This document shows positions 1 through 11,873 of a DNA stretch of 64,000 nt, in pieces. The first letter of the stretch is position 1. Every line of letters begins with the position of its first letter. Origin of the DNA: Marsupella aquatica (Eukaryota; Plantae; Marchantiophyta); contig OZ316893.1 in NCBI GenBank assembly GCA_973895155.1, positions 20,340,857 to 20,404,856 of the forward strand, read 5' to 3'. The notes under the pieces were generated by a model. It saw nothing but the letters and a program-made list of their open reading frames with translations. It ran no database searches and was not told the origin of the DNA. Position numbers and translations under genes: made by a program.

Positions 1-2
1 TA

Positions 3-461
3 GAGGTGGTTGGGTTCGAAGCTTATCTTGAGAAGGCATTGGCCATTAAGCAGTCCTATGATAGACAACTGCAAGCGATTATGAACCAGTTCAGTATCAC
101 CAACGAGGCTGAGGTAGTAACAGGGCATGTGATGGTTGGCCCAAGGTCGAACAGCCGCAGACAGGGTGATGTCAAGGATAGGGTTACATATGCATATCTT
201 GCTCTCCACAAAGAGTACAGCATACTCATAAATCGCCATAATCTAGGTGATAGCGAGCAGCCTAGTGACAATTTACTCAGTGTTGCTGCTGGGGAAGATC
301 TTTTGGCTCAGGCGTCAGCTTGGTACCATGTCACCTACCACCAGAATTGGTACAGAAAGGCGCGGGACAGCAACCCGAGTCAGCGTCCATTTCTGAGCTT
401 CCCTTGGGTGGCAGTCGACCTTTTAATTGCCATTAAAAATAGAAAGAGATCCAGGATCTGA
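3..461 (+). CDS. RDR6: RNA-dependent RNA polymerase, RDR6-like, C-terminal part (5' end outside window)
   Basis: Open frame from the window edge: EVVGFEAYL...EAEVVTGHV...RRQGDVKDRV...ASAWYHVTYH...FLSFPWV, stop at 459-461. ASAWYHVTYH and LSFxW are conserved plant RDR C-terminal motifs; EVVTGH and QGDVKDR resemble RDR6 more than RDR1/2 (from recall). Confidence 0.85.
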   Translation, partial: EVVGFEAYLEKALAIKQSYDRQLQAIMNQFSITNEAEVVTGHVMVGPRSNSRRQGDVKDRVTYAYLALHKEYSILINRHNLGDSEQPSDNLLSVAAGEDLLAQASAWYHVTYHQNWYRKARDSNPSQRPFLSFPWVAVDLLIAIKNRKRSRI

Positions 462-1461
462 GGCGATTTTGAGAAGACTATGCGCTTCGCATCTCTTTTC
501 GTCGATGCCCATGAAGACATCCAAACCCCTCGAGCTCTTAATTGTTCGACGGCATACAATCAGGGAGATTCATTCAGCACTGATTCCTTGGGATGATCTT
601 GATCAGGTAACTTCCACGATTTGACAGAAGGCGAGGAATGTGAGAAGAAATCCGCGTGCCGAGGACCATTTTACGTTCCTATTATTTGATCTAGTTTTCC
701 GGCCATTCTCGTTGCAGCTAGTGCATTCTGTGATGGAGTGAAAGCATGACATTATTGCTGTTCAAGTAGATAGAAGCAGCCGAGTTCACCGTTGCTGATT
801 AAGTTGGGTGTGGGTGCACTCAAGAATCTAATTCCCTCACCCGTCCTGTTCTCAGATCAGCTTCAGATAAGCCAACTCCTGGTTGGCTATTTCCAATCAT
901 CGACACCTCCCATCATGTACACTGAGCAGCAGTTGAGGTGGTGAAGTAACCGTATGCAGAGCCAATTCCCAGATGAACATCTGCTCTTCGGTTGCTGGCG
1001 AGAGACAGCACAGGGCTGGATCCAGCAAGTTTGGAGTGGCATCCTAGGGTGTGAGGGGTGGCTATAAAGGGAAAGAAGACCCGGGGAATCGTGCAAGGGC
1101 GTGACCATAACAACAACCACACACAACAAAGGTCGTGGAGATTTATATGATTAATTAGCCAGCTTTAGATATTGCAATCCAATCCTCTCTTTTCCGAGGA
1201 GGGAATAACGTTGGCAGTCTATTTGATGAGATCGGACCGACAGCAGAGGGTGTCTGCATTCTGCAACAGCTGCTTTGAAAGTATGCCCAAAGACGGTGAT
1301 TGTCTTGTGGCACATAATCACGTTCTCCAACGAGTTCCCTGCCTCTCCTTTCTACGTTGTCGGATAGAAAATGCTTTAGAGAGCAAGGGACTTCACAACT
1401 AGATGAACAAGCTCGGAGTAAGAAGGTCCCTAAGACCTCGAAATCTTAGGTGGAAGCTTTC

Positions 1462-1780
1462 AGAGCATTAGTGTTGGTCCAAACTAGTCTACCTACAATA
1501 CATGTCAAAGAATATGGATCCAGTGTCAGAGCATTAGTCTTGGTCTGCTCTACCTACAATAGTGAGTTGTGAAAATCCTCTCAGGCAGGTTGCTCCCAAG
1601 TACTGTAAAGCCGGTTTCTATTTTGTGCATTGCAATCTTTCCTTACATGTCAAAGAATATGGATCCAGTGTCAGATTGGTCAAAACTGCTTTCGCAACAA
1701 CCGTGAGTTGCGAAAATCCTCTCACGCAGGTGGCTCCTAAGTACTGTAAAGATGGTTTCAATTTTGTGCGTTGTGAGCTT
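1462..1780. repeat. Imperfect local duplication (~140-bp unit plus partial unit)
   Basis: catgtcaaagaatatggatccagtgtcaga at ~1501 and ~1647; gtgagttgYgaaaatcctctca..caggt.gctccYaagtactgtaaag at ~1562 and ~1703. Confidence 0.8.
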
Positions 1781-3847
1781 TGGATGCATGAGAAAGAACA
1801 TCTGCCCTACTACGCTTTAATTTTCAAAAGGTAGGTCCCCAACCGGGCCCTCAATTTCCCAAATAGATGCAACAGAGCATAGCCCTCGCTCAGTTCCACC
1901 GTGCTAGTCAAAGATATTCTACATGTCTAGGTAAGTTCTATGGCTCTTTCTGGCATGATGGAATCCGTCAGTCTAAAACTTCTGGGTTGCGATATTCCAA
2001 TCATTTGGCAGCATGAATATCACGGAGAGCTTTTGAAAACAATTATACAAATCAGTTTTCCTTCTGAGATATTTGTCTGATAGTTTGGGGGTGCGGGTTG
2101 GTCACACTGGAAAAAGTGTCAAGTACGTGCTATGGCAGAGCAAAACATTGTTCCAGCGAAGTGAGGACTCCACCGTAAGAAATTCGTGTCTGTGTGCCGG
2201 GAGATATGGACGGTCATAGGGTGCTAGAAAATCATTCCCTGGCTTTGGATTAGCAACACAGAAGTTGTACGCTGTGTGCGTCGTGACACCTCGCGAAAAG
2301 AAGTCTTCACTACAGGTCTGCGCACACCGAGAGTCGCAGTGAAATTCAAGGAGCTTCCCCGTCACTTTTGTAGTCCAAGCGGGTTACCGACCTTGTTATG
2401 GTTTCCTTTTTGCCGATACATTATCGGACAGAGGTTTCGAGAGGAAACAGTAGACTTATTCGGCCCCCTTCGGTGCAATGACTTGAGAGGTAGTAGCAAG
2501 AGTCCAGCCTGGTGAAACCCCATAGCTTGGTGAAACCCCACAGCTTGGGATGCAAATGTAGACTTAGTGGAATCAAATTGTGCGAGCTAGTAGGTGGAAT
2601 TCTAGCTCATGTGGGGATGGCGCACTCCAATCTGATGCACGCGAAAGCTCAACTCGTCACACCTTGCTTTCTCAGGTCAAAGAACAAGGCAGATGAGAAG
2701 TCCATGAGAGAGAGAGAGGCCCTGCTCATTGACTTCTATTGAGCAGATTGCATTTGTGGGGTTATGATGCCTCTCTAGATTCGTCTCACCAAATCTCACG
2801 TCCAAATTGCCACCGGCAAGCTTTACTATGCACAACAAGCGAAATCGGGACAGCAGCAGTGGGATTCCAGGCGCTGAGGAATCCGAGCAGCGGACGTCGT
2901 TTTCAGGATACATAGCAACGTCTCGTCATGATTTGTCGGCTGGAGTGGTGGTGAATTTGCTGAATTCTCATGAGCCAGTGACATCCCCAGGGTTGGCAAT
3001 TGCTTTGAAGACAATTCGTAGATTTCATAGCGAGCTGCGGTCGGTGAGTCCGGTTTTGCCATCCATTGTAGACTAGAAGTGTATATTGGTCTGAGATCGT
3101 GGCATTGGTCACAATTCGATATTCCTATGCTCATGTCATGCAAGTTCCACTGCTGGAGCAGCCGATGTCGAAAGTATGTCGCATTGTGTGCGGGCAAAGC
3201 TATCTTTTCTCTTTTGAGATTAGGACTCAATTCTTGGTTTTGTAAGCTTGCAATGTTCTACAGATTGGTCCATATCGAACTTAACATGGGTTTTTCTCCT
3301 TCGGTATCGAAGGAGGAACTGTCAATTAGAGTTTAGGGTGACTTATTCCATCGGGACCATGTCGCGAGGCCCCTGGCGGCTGACGGATTTCTCGTTGCTC
3401 AGAGCTCCACGGGAAGCACCCGGAAAGAAATCTCAGCTCGTAGAAATACTGTATCGTTTTCGTCGCTACTCCATTTGGTTTAAGAATTTTGTCAAAGCTC
3501 AGCATAGAAATGTTAGCTTTACAGATACACCGTCTGTGCCTGGGCTTTTCGAGCATTCAGGGATCTTTGAATCTGACGCAGTAAAATTCTGCGATGATGC
3601 CTCTTGCATCTCACTTGAACGTCTTTGCGGCGATCGAATCTCCCGGTTATTATGGTCGAACAAGGAATTGAAGAAAATTAAGAATCTCGTCGGGTGTCTT
3701 CTCCTGTCCCGTGCGATTTCTCCCTGCGGACAAGCGCCCTTTGGACGGACCGACAGCAATTTTGTTAGGGAGGGCCCTCACCTTGCTCAGGAGTACTTTC
3801 GATTGTCGCCAGGAAATTCGAATTGAAGTAAATAGGGCTGGAAAGGG

Positions 3848-4494
3848 ATGGGAAGAATGAGTTCCTCACACCGAAGGCGATTGTCAACAGAATCAAAGCC
3901 AAAGGGCTGCAGAAGCTGCGATGGTACTGCCAAATGTTCAAAAGCAATGCCGCGAGGAGAACGGTGCCATGCATGTCGGAGAGCCACCAGCGCCAGATGG
4001 AAGTATTCGGCCAGAACCCAGACAGTCGTGGAAGGGTACTCCGAGGAATTTGAGGAGCAGTTCCTGTTGTGTACAACGAGTATATCGCCAATCGCCACCG
4101 TGTACACATGAATTCCACAAGTTGGGCCACTCTCACGGATTTAATCAAATACCTAGGACGCACAGGAAAGTGCAAGGTTGAGAAAACTCCCAAAGGATGG
4201 TTCATGACTTACGTCGACAGAGAGACTGAGACTCTGCTGAAAGAGAAATTGAAGAACAAGAGGCAGAGAGCAGAGCTCGAAGACGAGGAGAGGCAGGAGA
4301 GAGCAATTGCCAACCAAATCGAGAGAGCGTCCAAGACTGTTAAGCTTGACGATGGTCATGAGTATATTCAACCGGATATACTTCACGGAGACGAAGGCGA
4401 GGAAAAGCTGCTTTCTCTCTGGGCAAATTTGGGTGACTTATTCCATCCCTGCAACTTTGGTCATGAAGTGAATTCCAACGACATTCTGCCGTAA
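3848..4494 (+). pseudogene. KIN17: KIN17 (DNA/RNA-binding zinc-finger protein) pseudogene, frameshifted and 3'-truncated
   Basis: Frame-hopping reconstruction gives KNEFLTPKAIVNRIKAKGLQKLRWYCQM / QKQCREENG / CMSESHQRQMEVFGQNP / VVEGYSEEFEEQFL / VVYNEYIANRHRVHMNSTSWATLTDLIKYLGRTGKCKVEKTPKGWFMTYVDR. At least 4 frameshifts, an internal deletion and no C-terminal KOW/SH3-like region. Confidence 0.9.
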
Positions 4495-5773
4495 ATGGAC
4501 AATATTCTGTTCAGCCTAAGTGGCAGAACTTACTTTTCAGATAGAAGCTAGAGTCCACATCTCGCCTCCATTTTCTGTGTGTATCCATCTAATGATTACC
4601 TTGCAACTACCATTGTCTTAGAAATTGTCATTCGCCTGCCAAAGCGGGAGGAGATCTTTGGACATTGCTACGTTGGACAACAGAGGCAGGGTGAGACTGA
4701 GGCTCTTGACAAACAATGAGAATGATCAATCTGCTTGTTGAACCCGTCTGTAGTTTCCATGAAGAGCCAAATTCTGAGCATCAAACCAAATTGATTGTTG
4801 AGAGCTGGGTTAACCTGATTCCCTTCTGGAAAATTTACGATCTTACTTCTCAAGGCTGCAAATGCATACCCTAAAGCGCTTAACACTAACTACCGCTTTT
4901 CGAGTAAATATTTGCTCGATGTTTTAAAACATAAAAAAGCTACTGAAGCTGGCAGGCAATAGGTACACACAAATCCCGAAACTCTTCACACCATCTTCAA
5001 ATGATACGTCCGCAGCATGTGGCTGTCAAGTTCGTACAGCGAATTGAAAAACCACTAAGAAGCTTACCTTTGGAAGAGATCATCCAGAAGATACCGTAGG
5101 GTCATGAGTCAATAATAAATGATGTCAAGTTCAAGTTCGCGGCAAGAGAGTCCTTTGCTATACTTTGGATGGGACCAGGCGAGAGATCACTGGCCGAAGA
5201 TCAATTTCCGAGCAACTGCTCCACCACCGAAGAGACGTTCGAGATGGAACGTTCTTGCAATAGGGGAAATTAAGCTGCTCAGATATACGAGAACCGAACC
5301 ACTGACTGCTCTTTATTGTGTACCCCAAGGCGCCAGTGTGGGACTAGATAACTGGTCTGTCGATCAGGGAAGGGCAGAATGATAATGGATCCAAGCATTT
5401 GGTCGGCTATGAGTAGGTCGAAGATCAATGCTGACTTGCCGACGAACATGCATGTCTTGAAGCATTGCACGACGATCGGGACAGGCGTAAGACTCACTTT
5501 GAATTTCATTGACGTGAAGAGAGGTGGAAAAATTTGAGCTAGTAAACTCGATCCTTTGGCCTGTTAGATGTCCCCTCGTAAGTAACCTGTAAGAAGAATG
5601 CTTGTGGCTGAAAAATTTACTTTCGAGGCGGGATTGGGTCCACATGAGTTAAGAGTTGATACTGGACTTCTCAACAGAACCTGCTTTGCGGGATCAGTGA
5701 AAGATGAGCCTCTAGCCTGCCAGCTCACGAGGCATACGGATCAATGCACCAGCATAGCTAAGGATTGATTGGG

Positions 5774-5940
5774 ATTAATCAATGACCTGAGATAGACTAG
5801 ACGCTAACAAGAAAACTGGCTGGTCAGACGAGAATACTGACATCTAACAGGCCAAAGGATTAATCAATGACCTGAGATTGACTAGATGCTAACAGGAAAA
5901 CTGGCTAGACCATGTTGTATTGACATCTACAGGCCAAAGG
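5774..5940. repeat. Tandem duplication, ~84-bp unit x2
   Basis: gattaatcaatgacctgagat.gactaga.gctaaca.gaaaactggct...gacatct..caggccaaagg occurs twice in succession. Confidence 0.8.
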
Positions 5941-6224
5941 AAAGTTTTTTGCAAGAGCTGCAGGGTCACGAGTCCTGAATATCTCCAGCCGGCGATCAGC
6001 CACAAATACGGAACTGGATAGCAAGCAAGCAAGGTGCTACTCTTGTACAACAGTGGCGTGAAGAGAGCCAAAGCTAGAAAGCAGTCCCAAACGTCATAAA
6101 TTTGTTCACATTCGCTTATTGACAACGCAAGTTGGCCACTGTGACCAATGCACCACGTGACAAGAAGCTGATGAAAAGCAGCCGAAAAATTCGGTAGGTC
6201 ACGCATCCGATGGGGCGCATGCAT

Positions 6225-6293
6225 GGATAAATGCTTCATCAACGCTGGTGATGTAAGGTGGATAAATGCTTCATCAACGCTGGTGATGTAAGG
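6225..6293. repeat. Exact 35-bp tandem duplication
   Basis: ggataaatgcttcatcaacgctggtgatgtaagg x2. Confidence 0.9.
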
Positions 6294-7984
6294 CTAGGTC
6301 GCTGCAGGACCAAAGAAGCGTTTGACATGCAGCAGCTGTACAATCCCTTTGAGTACGTATTGTCCTGAACGACACATATGAATTTTCCGTATATGAGACC
6401 ATGATAATTGAAATGGACCTCAAACTAGTCATGGTCAATGAACAATGCTGACAAGGCAACTTCTACATTGGTGCACGCTGCGTGAGAGAGAGAGAGAAAG
6501 AGAGAACAAACCTGATTTTGTTGAGAAGAAGACTGTTCCCAAGTGAGAACAATAAGCACAGGTATGATCGAAGTCCAACACAAGCAGCAGTCCGTAAATC
6601 GAATGAATCAGAAATTGAGGTGCTTGGTGATAGCTCCATTTGAAGCCAAGGACAACGACTTGGCCACGAAATCTGGACAGTGTTTCTTTTTCCTCGTTTT
6701 GTTCTTTTAGGGCTTCCATTGGCATAATGTTTATCGATGTTAAGACGACGAAAAACTTTTAAAGAGCTTCTGATTATCATTCAACGATTGCTGGCCAAAC
6801 AAGCACGCCTCTTCCGACGCAAGATGTCGACAAAAATACTCTTTGGCAATCTTTCATTTCATTATCGAGCCAACAGTGATCACGTCATGTATGTGTAATA
6901 ATCAAAACTTGGCATAGAAGCCTTGGCATCTGCTTGATCGAATGAAGTCTGTCTGCAGCTTGGAGAGCATTGTCGACAGGAAGCTGCAGGATTGCTGCAA
7001 ATGAGAAGCACAAGGCCAAATGCAGCATCTCGCTCTTCTTCTGTTCTAAAGTCTACCGTTCGAAAGCAAGCAACGAGAACGAAAGCGCAACATCTCTGAT
7101 GAAGAGTGGGGTTGGGGCTCGTCTGAACAGTCGCCGAGGAATTGTTGGTGAGCAAGCGGTGAGACTCAATGCATCTCCAGAATACGTTGTTGCAGTCTTC
7201 GTCGCGAACCTCGATGAGAAGACAATGGCTTCAGAATGGCATTCCTTCTTCAAACCAGTGCTTAATTACAGTGACCTCTCTCTAAGTGCACACCTCTTAA
7301 GTGCGAACCCTGGATAATTGCAAGGAATCTCTTTCTTCCGGGTCTCGATAACTGCACATCAAAATATGACATATATAGTCTACTACATCGCTATATCATG
7401 ATATTTTTTGTACTTTCTTTTAATCAATGAGAATGAGTGCACACCATATATTACTGTCTGTGATTACCTTTCTTCCCTGTTCTGGAACTCTTTGAAAGAG
7501 GGATGCAATATAAAATGTGGAGTAAAGGTTGCATTTAAAAAAGTAGGGGATCATGTTTAGGGCAGGGAGTACAATTTTTTCTGACATCACTAGAGTGTAG
7601 ATTGACAGAGGGCCCATTGCAATTGATAAATACAAATCCCAAGTTCAAATACTCACAAAGTGCACCAGGGCTGTCTCTTCCTGGGATTGCACTAAGAGAG
7701 GGTCATTCTAGTGGTGATGAGGTGGGGTAGCACGGGAGTCGCTGAGCCTTCTTCCATGACTGTAAATACTGCTCCTGCCAAACACAGTCATCCCACAGCC
7801 TCCAAACTTGGAAAGTGTCTACCTTGTATAGTCTACAGTATCTAAGTGCAGGCTTCTGGAAATACATCCCAAACTTGCACTTACTCATATTATGCACTCT
7901 ACCTGCTATTTCTTGGGTGTACAGCTTGATGGCATAAACCCTCTGACTTGCTGCAGGATGAAACTGATTGCTCATCAACCAACT

Positions 7985-8045
7985 GGCTTAGGCCAATTGG
8001 CCAGGGGATAAGCCTGGAACTGAAAGGTCCAGGTTCAATTCCTCC
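7985..8045 (+). mobile_element. Possible tRNA-derived SINE head (A-box/B-box-like)
   Basis: taggccaattgg (A-box-like, ~7989) lies ~43 bp before ggttcaattcc (B-box, ~8032). tggaactgaaaggtccaggttcaattcc resembles the start of the SINE copy at 24712. No TSD found. Confidence 0.35.
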
Positions 8046-9364
8046 TTTTCTCAGCAATTGGTGTTATTGGGAATGTTGCTCTTATCAAAATTCCTTGTTT
8101 TCTTCATGGCAAGCAAAAGCTGCTGTAGGTGAATTCCAATGGCAGGGGTCAGTAGTGTTGGGGATGTGTTGCCCATTGACCTCCCTGATCTCAATCTCTT
8201 CCTCCACTCTACTTGATTTAGAGCAGGGTGTAGGGCAAAGCAGACCTGAGCACTCATGCTTTTAACAACAAGCTCTCTAGCACTAGAATGTGTGTGAAAA
8301 GAGGTTTTGGTAGGCTGAAAGGAACATGGAGAATTGTGAGCAGGGTGTTGTGGAAGACTCCTATAGAATGCCTTGGACCAATGATAATATCCTGTTGACA
8401 TGAAAACCTTGTTGAATTGAAAACCTTTGTGAATTATATGCTAGTCCAGCCATCTATGATCCTTATGCTTGTATGGATATCCTTATGGGTTGACCCAATC
8501 CCCCACTATGGGGTGGGTCGCATTGATAACAATATACTTTCCACATTTCTAGTTCCATGTGCAATGTTTTTTGCGGGACTAAGATAGTGGTGTCATCCTA
8601 GCTCAAACAGAAACAACAGGAACCAGAAATGTGGGACTCATGGTGTGTTCCATTCAAATTAAATGACACATTTTCGCCCAGAGAAGCATGATAACTCACT
8701 TGAGTAGAGACTGATAAGTTTTGGGTTCAAGTGACTCCTCCCAACTATTGTGACTGACTCTTCCCTTTGTGTGGGGTTTCATAGATTTCCCATAGAAAAA
8801 AAAGATGACACAAATATTCCAAACACTCTACTGTAGCTCATGGGTACTCCAATTTCTGATATGACACGTCTGTACATAAAGTCAACACAAAAACAAACAC
8901 ATCCAGATTAAATTTGCTGGCATTGAACTGAAATGTGAAGCTTGCAAAAGATTTTTTTAATCATTTTTGGCATGAAGGAAACTCAAGAGTTTACTGAGAA
9001 CCGTTGCTGCCCATTGTTCAAACATGAGTTTACTGAGAACCATTGCTGCGCATTGTTCAAAGATTCTGTTTCCAGGGATGCCAAGCTGGATACAAAAGGA
9101 TAATTGGCGAGGGTGATGCTAAAAGAGAAAGGCAAGGTTCCTTATTGCCATGCATAGAAAACATTATTCGGAATGGATCAAAGAATTCTTTTTTCCGTGC
9201 ATCAGGTCTGTTTCGGCTCACGGGAGATATTTTGAAATACACAGATTCCAAACTTCAAAGATTGTAAAGGGGTGACTTGTAGAATAATTCTCAAACTTTC
9301 ACTGAAACATTCAAGACAAAAAGAATATCACAAAAATGATATGGAGCTTGGGAACAGCCATCTT

Positions 9365-9482
9365 CTTTTGTTCACTTCTTTTGAGTTTGGTTTTGTTCAC
9401 TTGGGATCTCTTGTTTATTCTTTTATACTCTATTTGGCCTTTTTCTATTAAAAGTATGTGTATATATCTTCCCGTGCAGAAG
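9365..9482 (+). mobile_element. Isolated 3'-UTR fragment of the CRE-like retroelement family
   Basis: cttttgttcacttcttttgagtttggttttgttcacttgggatctc...aaaagtatgtgtatatatcttcccgtgcagaag aligns by eye with the reverse complement of ~61602-61720 (cttttgctcacttctttttcgattggttttgtccacttgggccctc...aaaagtgtgtatatttctctacacaagaag). Confidence 0.7.
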
Positions 9483-9719
9483 ACATTGGAAACTACGGAG
9501 CTCATGTGGCCCCTACTCTTCGTACCCTCATTGACCACCGATATTACCGGTATTGTAATTGACTGGCAATTTGACCACAAGCCAATGCGGGAATGGGGAG
9601 AGTGGAGTTCCCGTGGCCGTAGTTAGAAGTAAAAATAATATCCCACACTCGCACTGCACTATCCGACAGTAAAGACCGGAAACGGACGCAGGAGTAAAAA
9701 CAAAGTAATGACTATTAAG

Positions 9720-9838
9720 GTACAAACAGTGCGTCACTGCACGGAAACTGGTTTCCGTACCAAAGGTACGTACGGAAGGTACCTCGTACTAACCGTACGG
9801 AATATCATTTCCCCGAGGCCCGAGGCCCGCGCCGTACG
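9720..9838. promoter_or_regulatory. Cluster of 8 GTAC cores (candidate SBP/SPL binding sites)
   Basis: GTAC at 9720, 9757, 9766, 9770, 9779, 9786, 9795 and 9834, several within CCGTAC or GTACGG. Function is inferred. Confidence 0.4.
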
Positions 9839-10054
9839 GTGTGGGTAGATGATCCAACAGACAACGACGGAAACAAAAGCTCTCTGCGTCTCTGCCTCGG
9901 TGCGACGGTGCCTCTCTGTCCCCTGCCCAACCCCAGGACCGCCCCATCTTGGAGCAGCCCTGTCCTGGTCCCGTCCCTGATTTCACCTGCCGGGTGAGTT
10001 CCGGCCTTCATCACTCGCCCTCACTTTCTCTCCTCGCCCTCGTTTCCCCCCGAC

Positions 10055-11560
10055 GGCCGATATTGTTTCCAAGAATCTGGGCGCAATTTTGTAACACGAA
10101 GGAGGGTCAATGGAACCAACATCGCTCTGCCCCCCCAATGCCCCCTTCCGGGGTCGTGCACCTGACGCTGTCATGCTCCTGCCCTTGCCCTGAATTCATC
10201 TTCCGTTTCCCTGTCTCGACTGGGAACCACCCTTTTCTTGCCTATTTCTTTGTTCCTCCTTCCTGGTTTTCCCCTTGTTTTCTCCCGTATAAATTCTGTC
10301 AGGAGGGTAGGTTATGGGCATCTAAACATTTATGGAGGTCCCTTGTAATTCACCTAATCTGCTGCTTTGCTGGGAACTGGACAGAAATTACATACTATAA
10401 TGCATATATGGGAAAGGGTTCTCGCCTGAACCCAGCTCCAGCTCAATTTTTTTATCAGTTGCAAGCTAGTCAAGTTTCTTCACTTTCTGGTCATATGGTT
10501 ACACGCTAGTAAACCTCCATTATCCTCTACTTGTTGGGTCTTCCATTTTGGAGTTTCCTTCAGTCAAACTCATTCTTTTCTTGCTCATCTCTGTGCTCCT
10601 TTACAAAAGTTTCCCCCTTGTTTTCTCAGCTTTATTGGGTCTCTCGTATTTGGGACCACGTCTCCCACTTAGTTTCCTTTTTGTTTTTGGCAATATGTAT
10701 ATGCTCTTCCTAGCCCCTTCTTGACTGAAGGCCACTACTGTTTCCAAGAGTCTCCTCACCATGGTTTCCCACAGGTGGCCAATATTAATTCCAAGAATGT
10801 GGGGTGCTGAGCCCAATTTTGAAATCTGAGAATTACTAGATAGCCACTCTTTTAAAGAAAAATATACTTTGCCATCTTATTTAGTTTATTTACTACTTTG
10901 TCAACTTTTTCCAACTCCGTGTGACCTCCGTCGTCGAATGAGTTGGGCGTACATGAGTTAACTTAGCAAAAGGTTAGAAAAAGGTGACAAAGTAGTAAAT
11001 AAACTAAAATAGATGGCAAAGTGTTAATTTTGCTTTAAACCAGTGGCAATCTAGTAATTCTCAGGAAATGAAATTGGAGTGAGGGCCAATGGAACCAACA
11101 TTTCCGACCCCTAGCCTTTGCACTCATCAACCTTCCCTCACCAATCTGCTTGCTTCTCCTCACCCACGGAAATCCTGTCAGGAGAAGAGGTTACCGGTGT
11201 GTAACCATTTCTACAGAGGCCTGTTATAGTCATAATCTGGTGTCCTGAAAAGTTGAGCCGGTAATATCTTTCCGGGCAGGAGTTATGTATGCTAATGCAG
11301 GGCAGGGCTGGAGTTATAGGCTGTAATCTGCTCCCGGAATATTCTAAGAAGCTTCCCGACTGCGGCTGGTCAGTTTCTTTTCATATTCCGGACGCAGGGT
11401 TACAGCCTAGTAACCCTGCGCCCAGACCTGCATTACCCTATACTTTAGCCACGGGCCACGGATGGCTGATAGCATTTCAAGCATCTGGAGCTCTGGGCCC
11501 AATTTTGTAAAGTTGGTGAGGGTGAATGCAACCCAGATCCCTGACCCCGAACTCCCTTCC
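10055..11560. repeat. Degenerate tandem array (~0.7-kb spacing, 2 copies plus start of a third)
   Basis: Anchor ggcc.atat...ttccaagaat.tgg...g(c)ccaattttg...gaggg.caatggaaccaacat recurs at ~10055, ~10777 (interrupted by the MITE) and ~11464. aaatYctgtcaggag..aggtta occurs at ~10291 and ~11170. Confidence 0.6.
10826..11064. mobile_element. Foldback MITE (~239 bp) with long imperfect terminal inverted repeats
   Basis: ctgagaattactagatagccact...tttgccatcttatttagtttatttactactttgtca is mirrored by tgacaaagtagtaaataaactaaaatagatggcaaa...agtggcaatctagtaattctcag. Flanked by direct repeat GAAAT (10821-10825, 11065-11069). Confidence 0.85.
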
Positions 11561-11851
11561 TCTCCTCTCCCTTTCACCGCCTCTCTCCGTTCCAGCCTCG
11601 ACATGCGGGACCAAAACCTGCTCGCCGCTACTGATAGAGATAGAGAGCTAAAATAACACTCATATTGAACGCGGGTTTCTTCTCCACCGGCGGAATACAC
11701 CTATCCATCCATGGTGAAGAACAGCTAAACTGGGCCTATCTTTAGTGGTAGCTAAATGAGGTTTCGTTGGTCTCTTGTCCGGTCGTGTCGTGCGCGGGTG
11801 GGGCTCTCGTGGCCCAGAGCAAGAGCACTCAGGCAGCCTGGCTTGTTGCTG

Positions 11852-11873
11852 GCTCGCTCGCTCGCTCGCTCGC
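11852..11873. repeat. (GCTC)n microsatellite
   Basis: gctcgctcgctcgctcgctcgc. Confidence 0.9.

Noticed and set aside
3248-3826. 192-aa ORF upstream of KIN17
   Set aside because: No recognisable motif or convincing exon structure.
9500-10050. Copper-regulated miRNA (miR408-type) next to the GTAC cluster
   Set aside because: No match to recalled mature miRNA sequences or a convincing precursor hairpin by eye. Not exhaustively excluded.
9949-10509. 186-aa ORF
   Set aside because: Lies in the degenerate repeat array, has a non-ATG start and non-coding-like composition.
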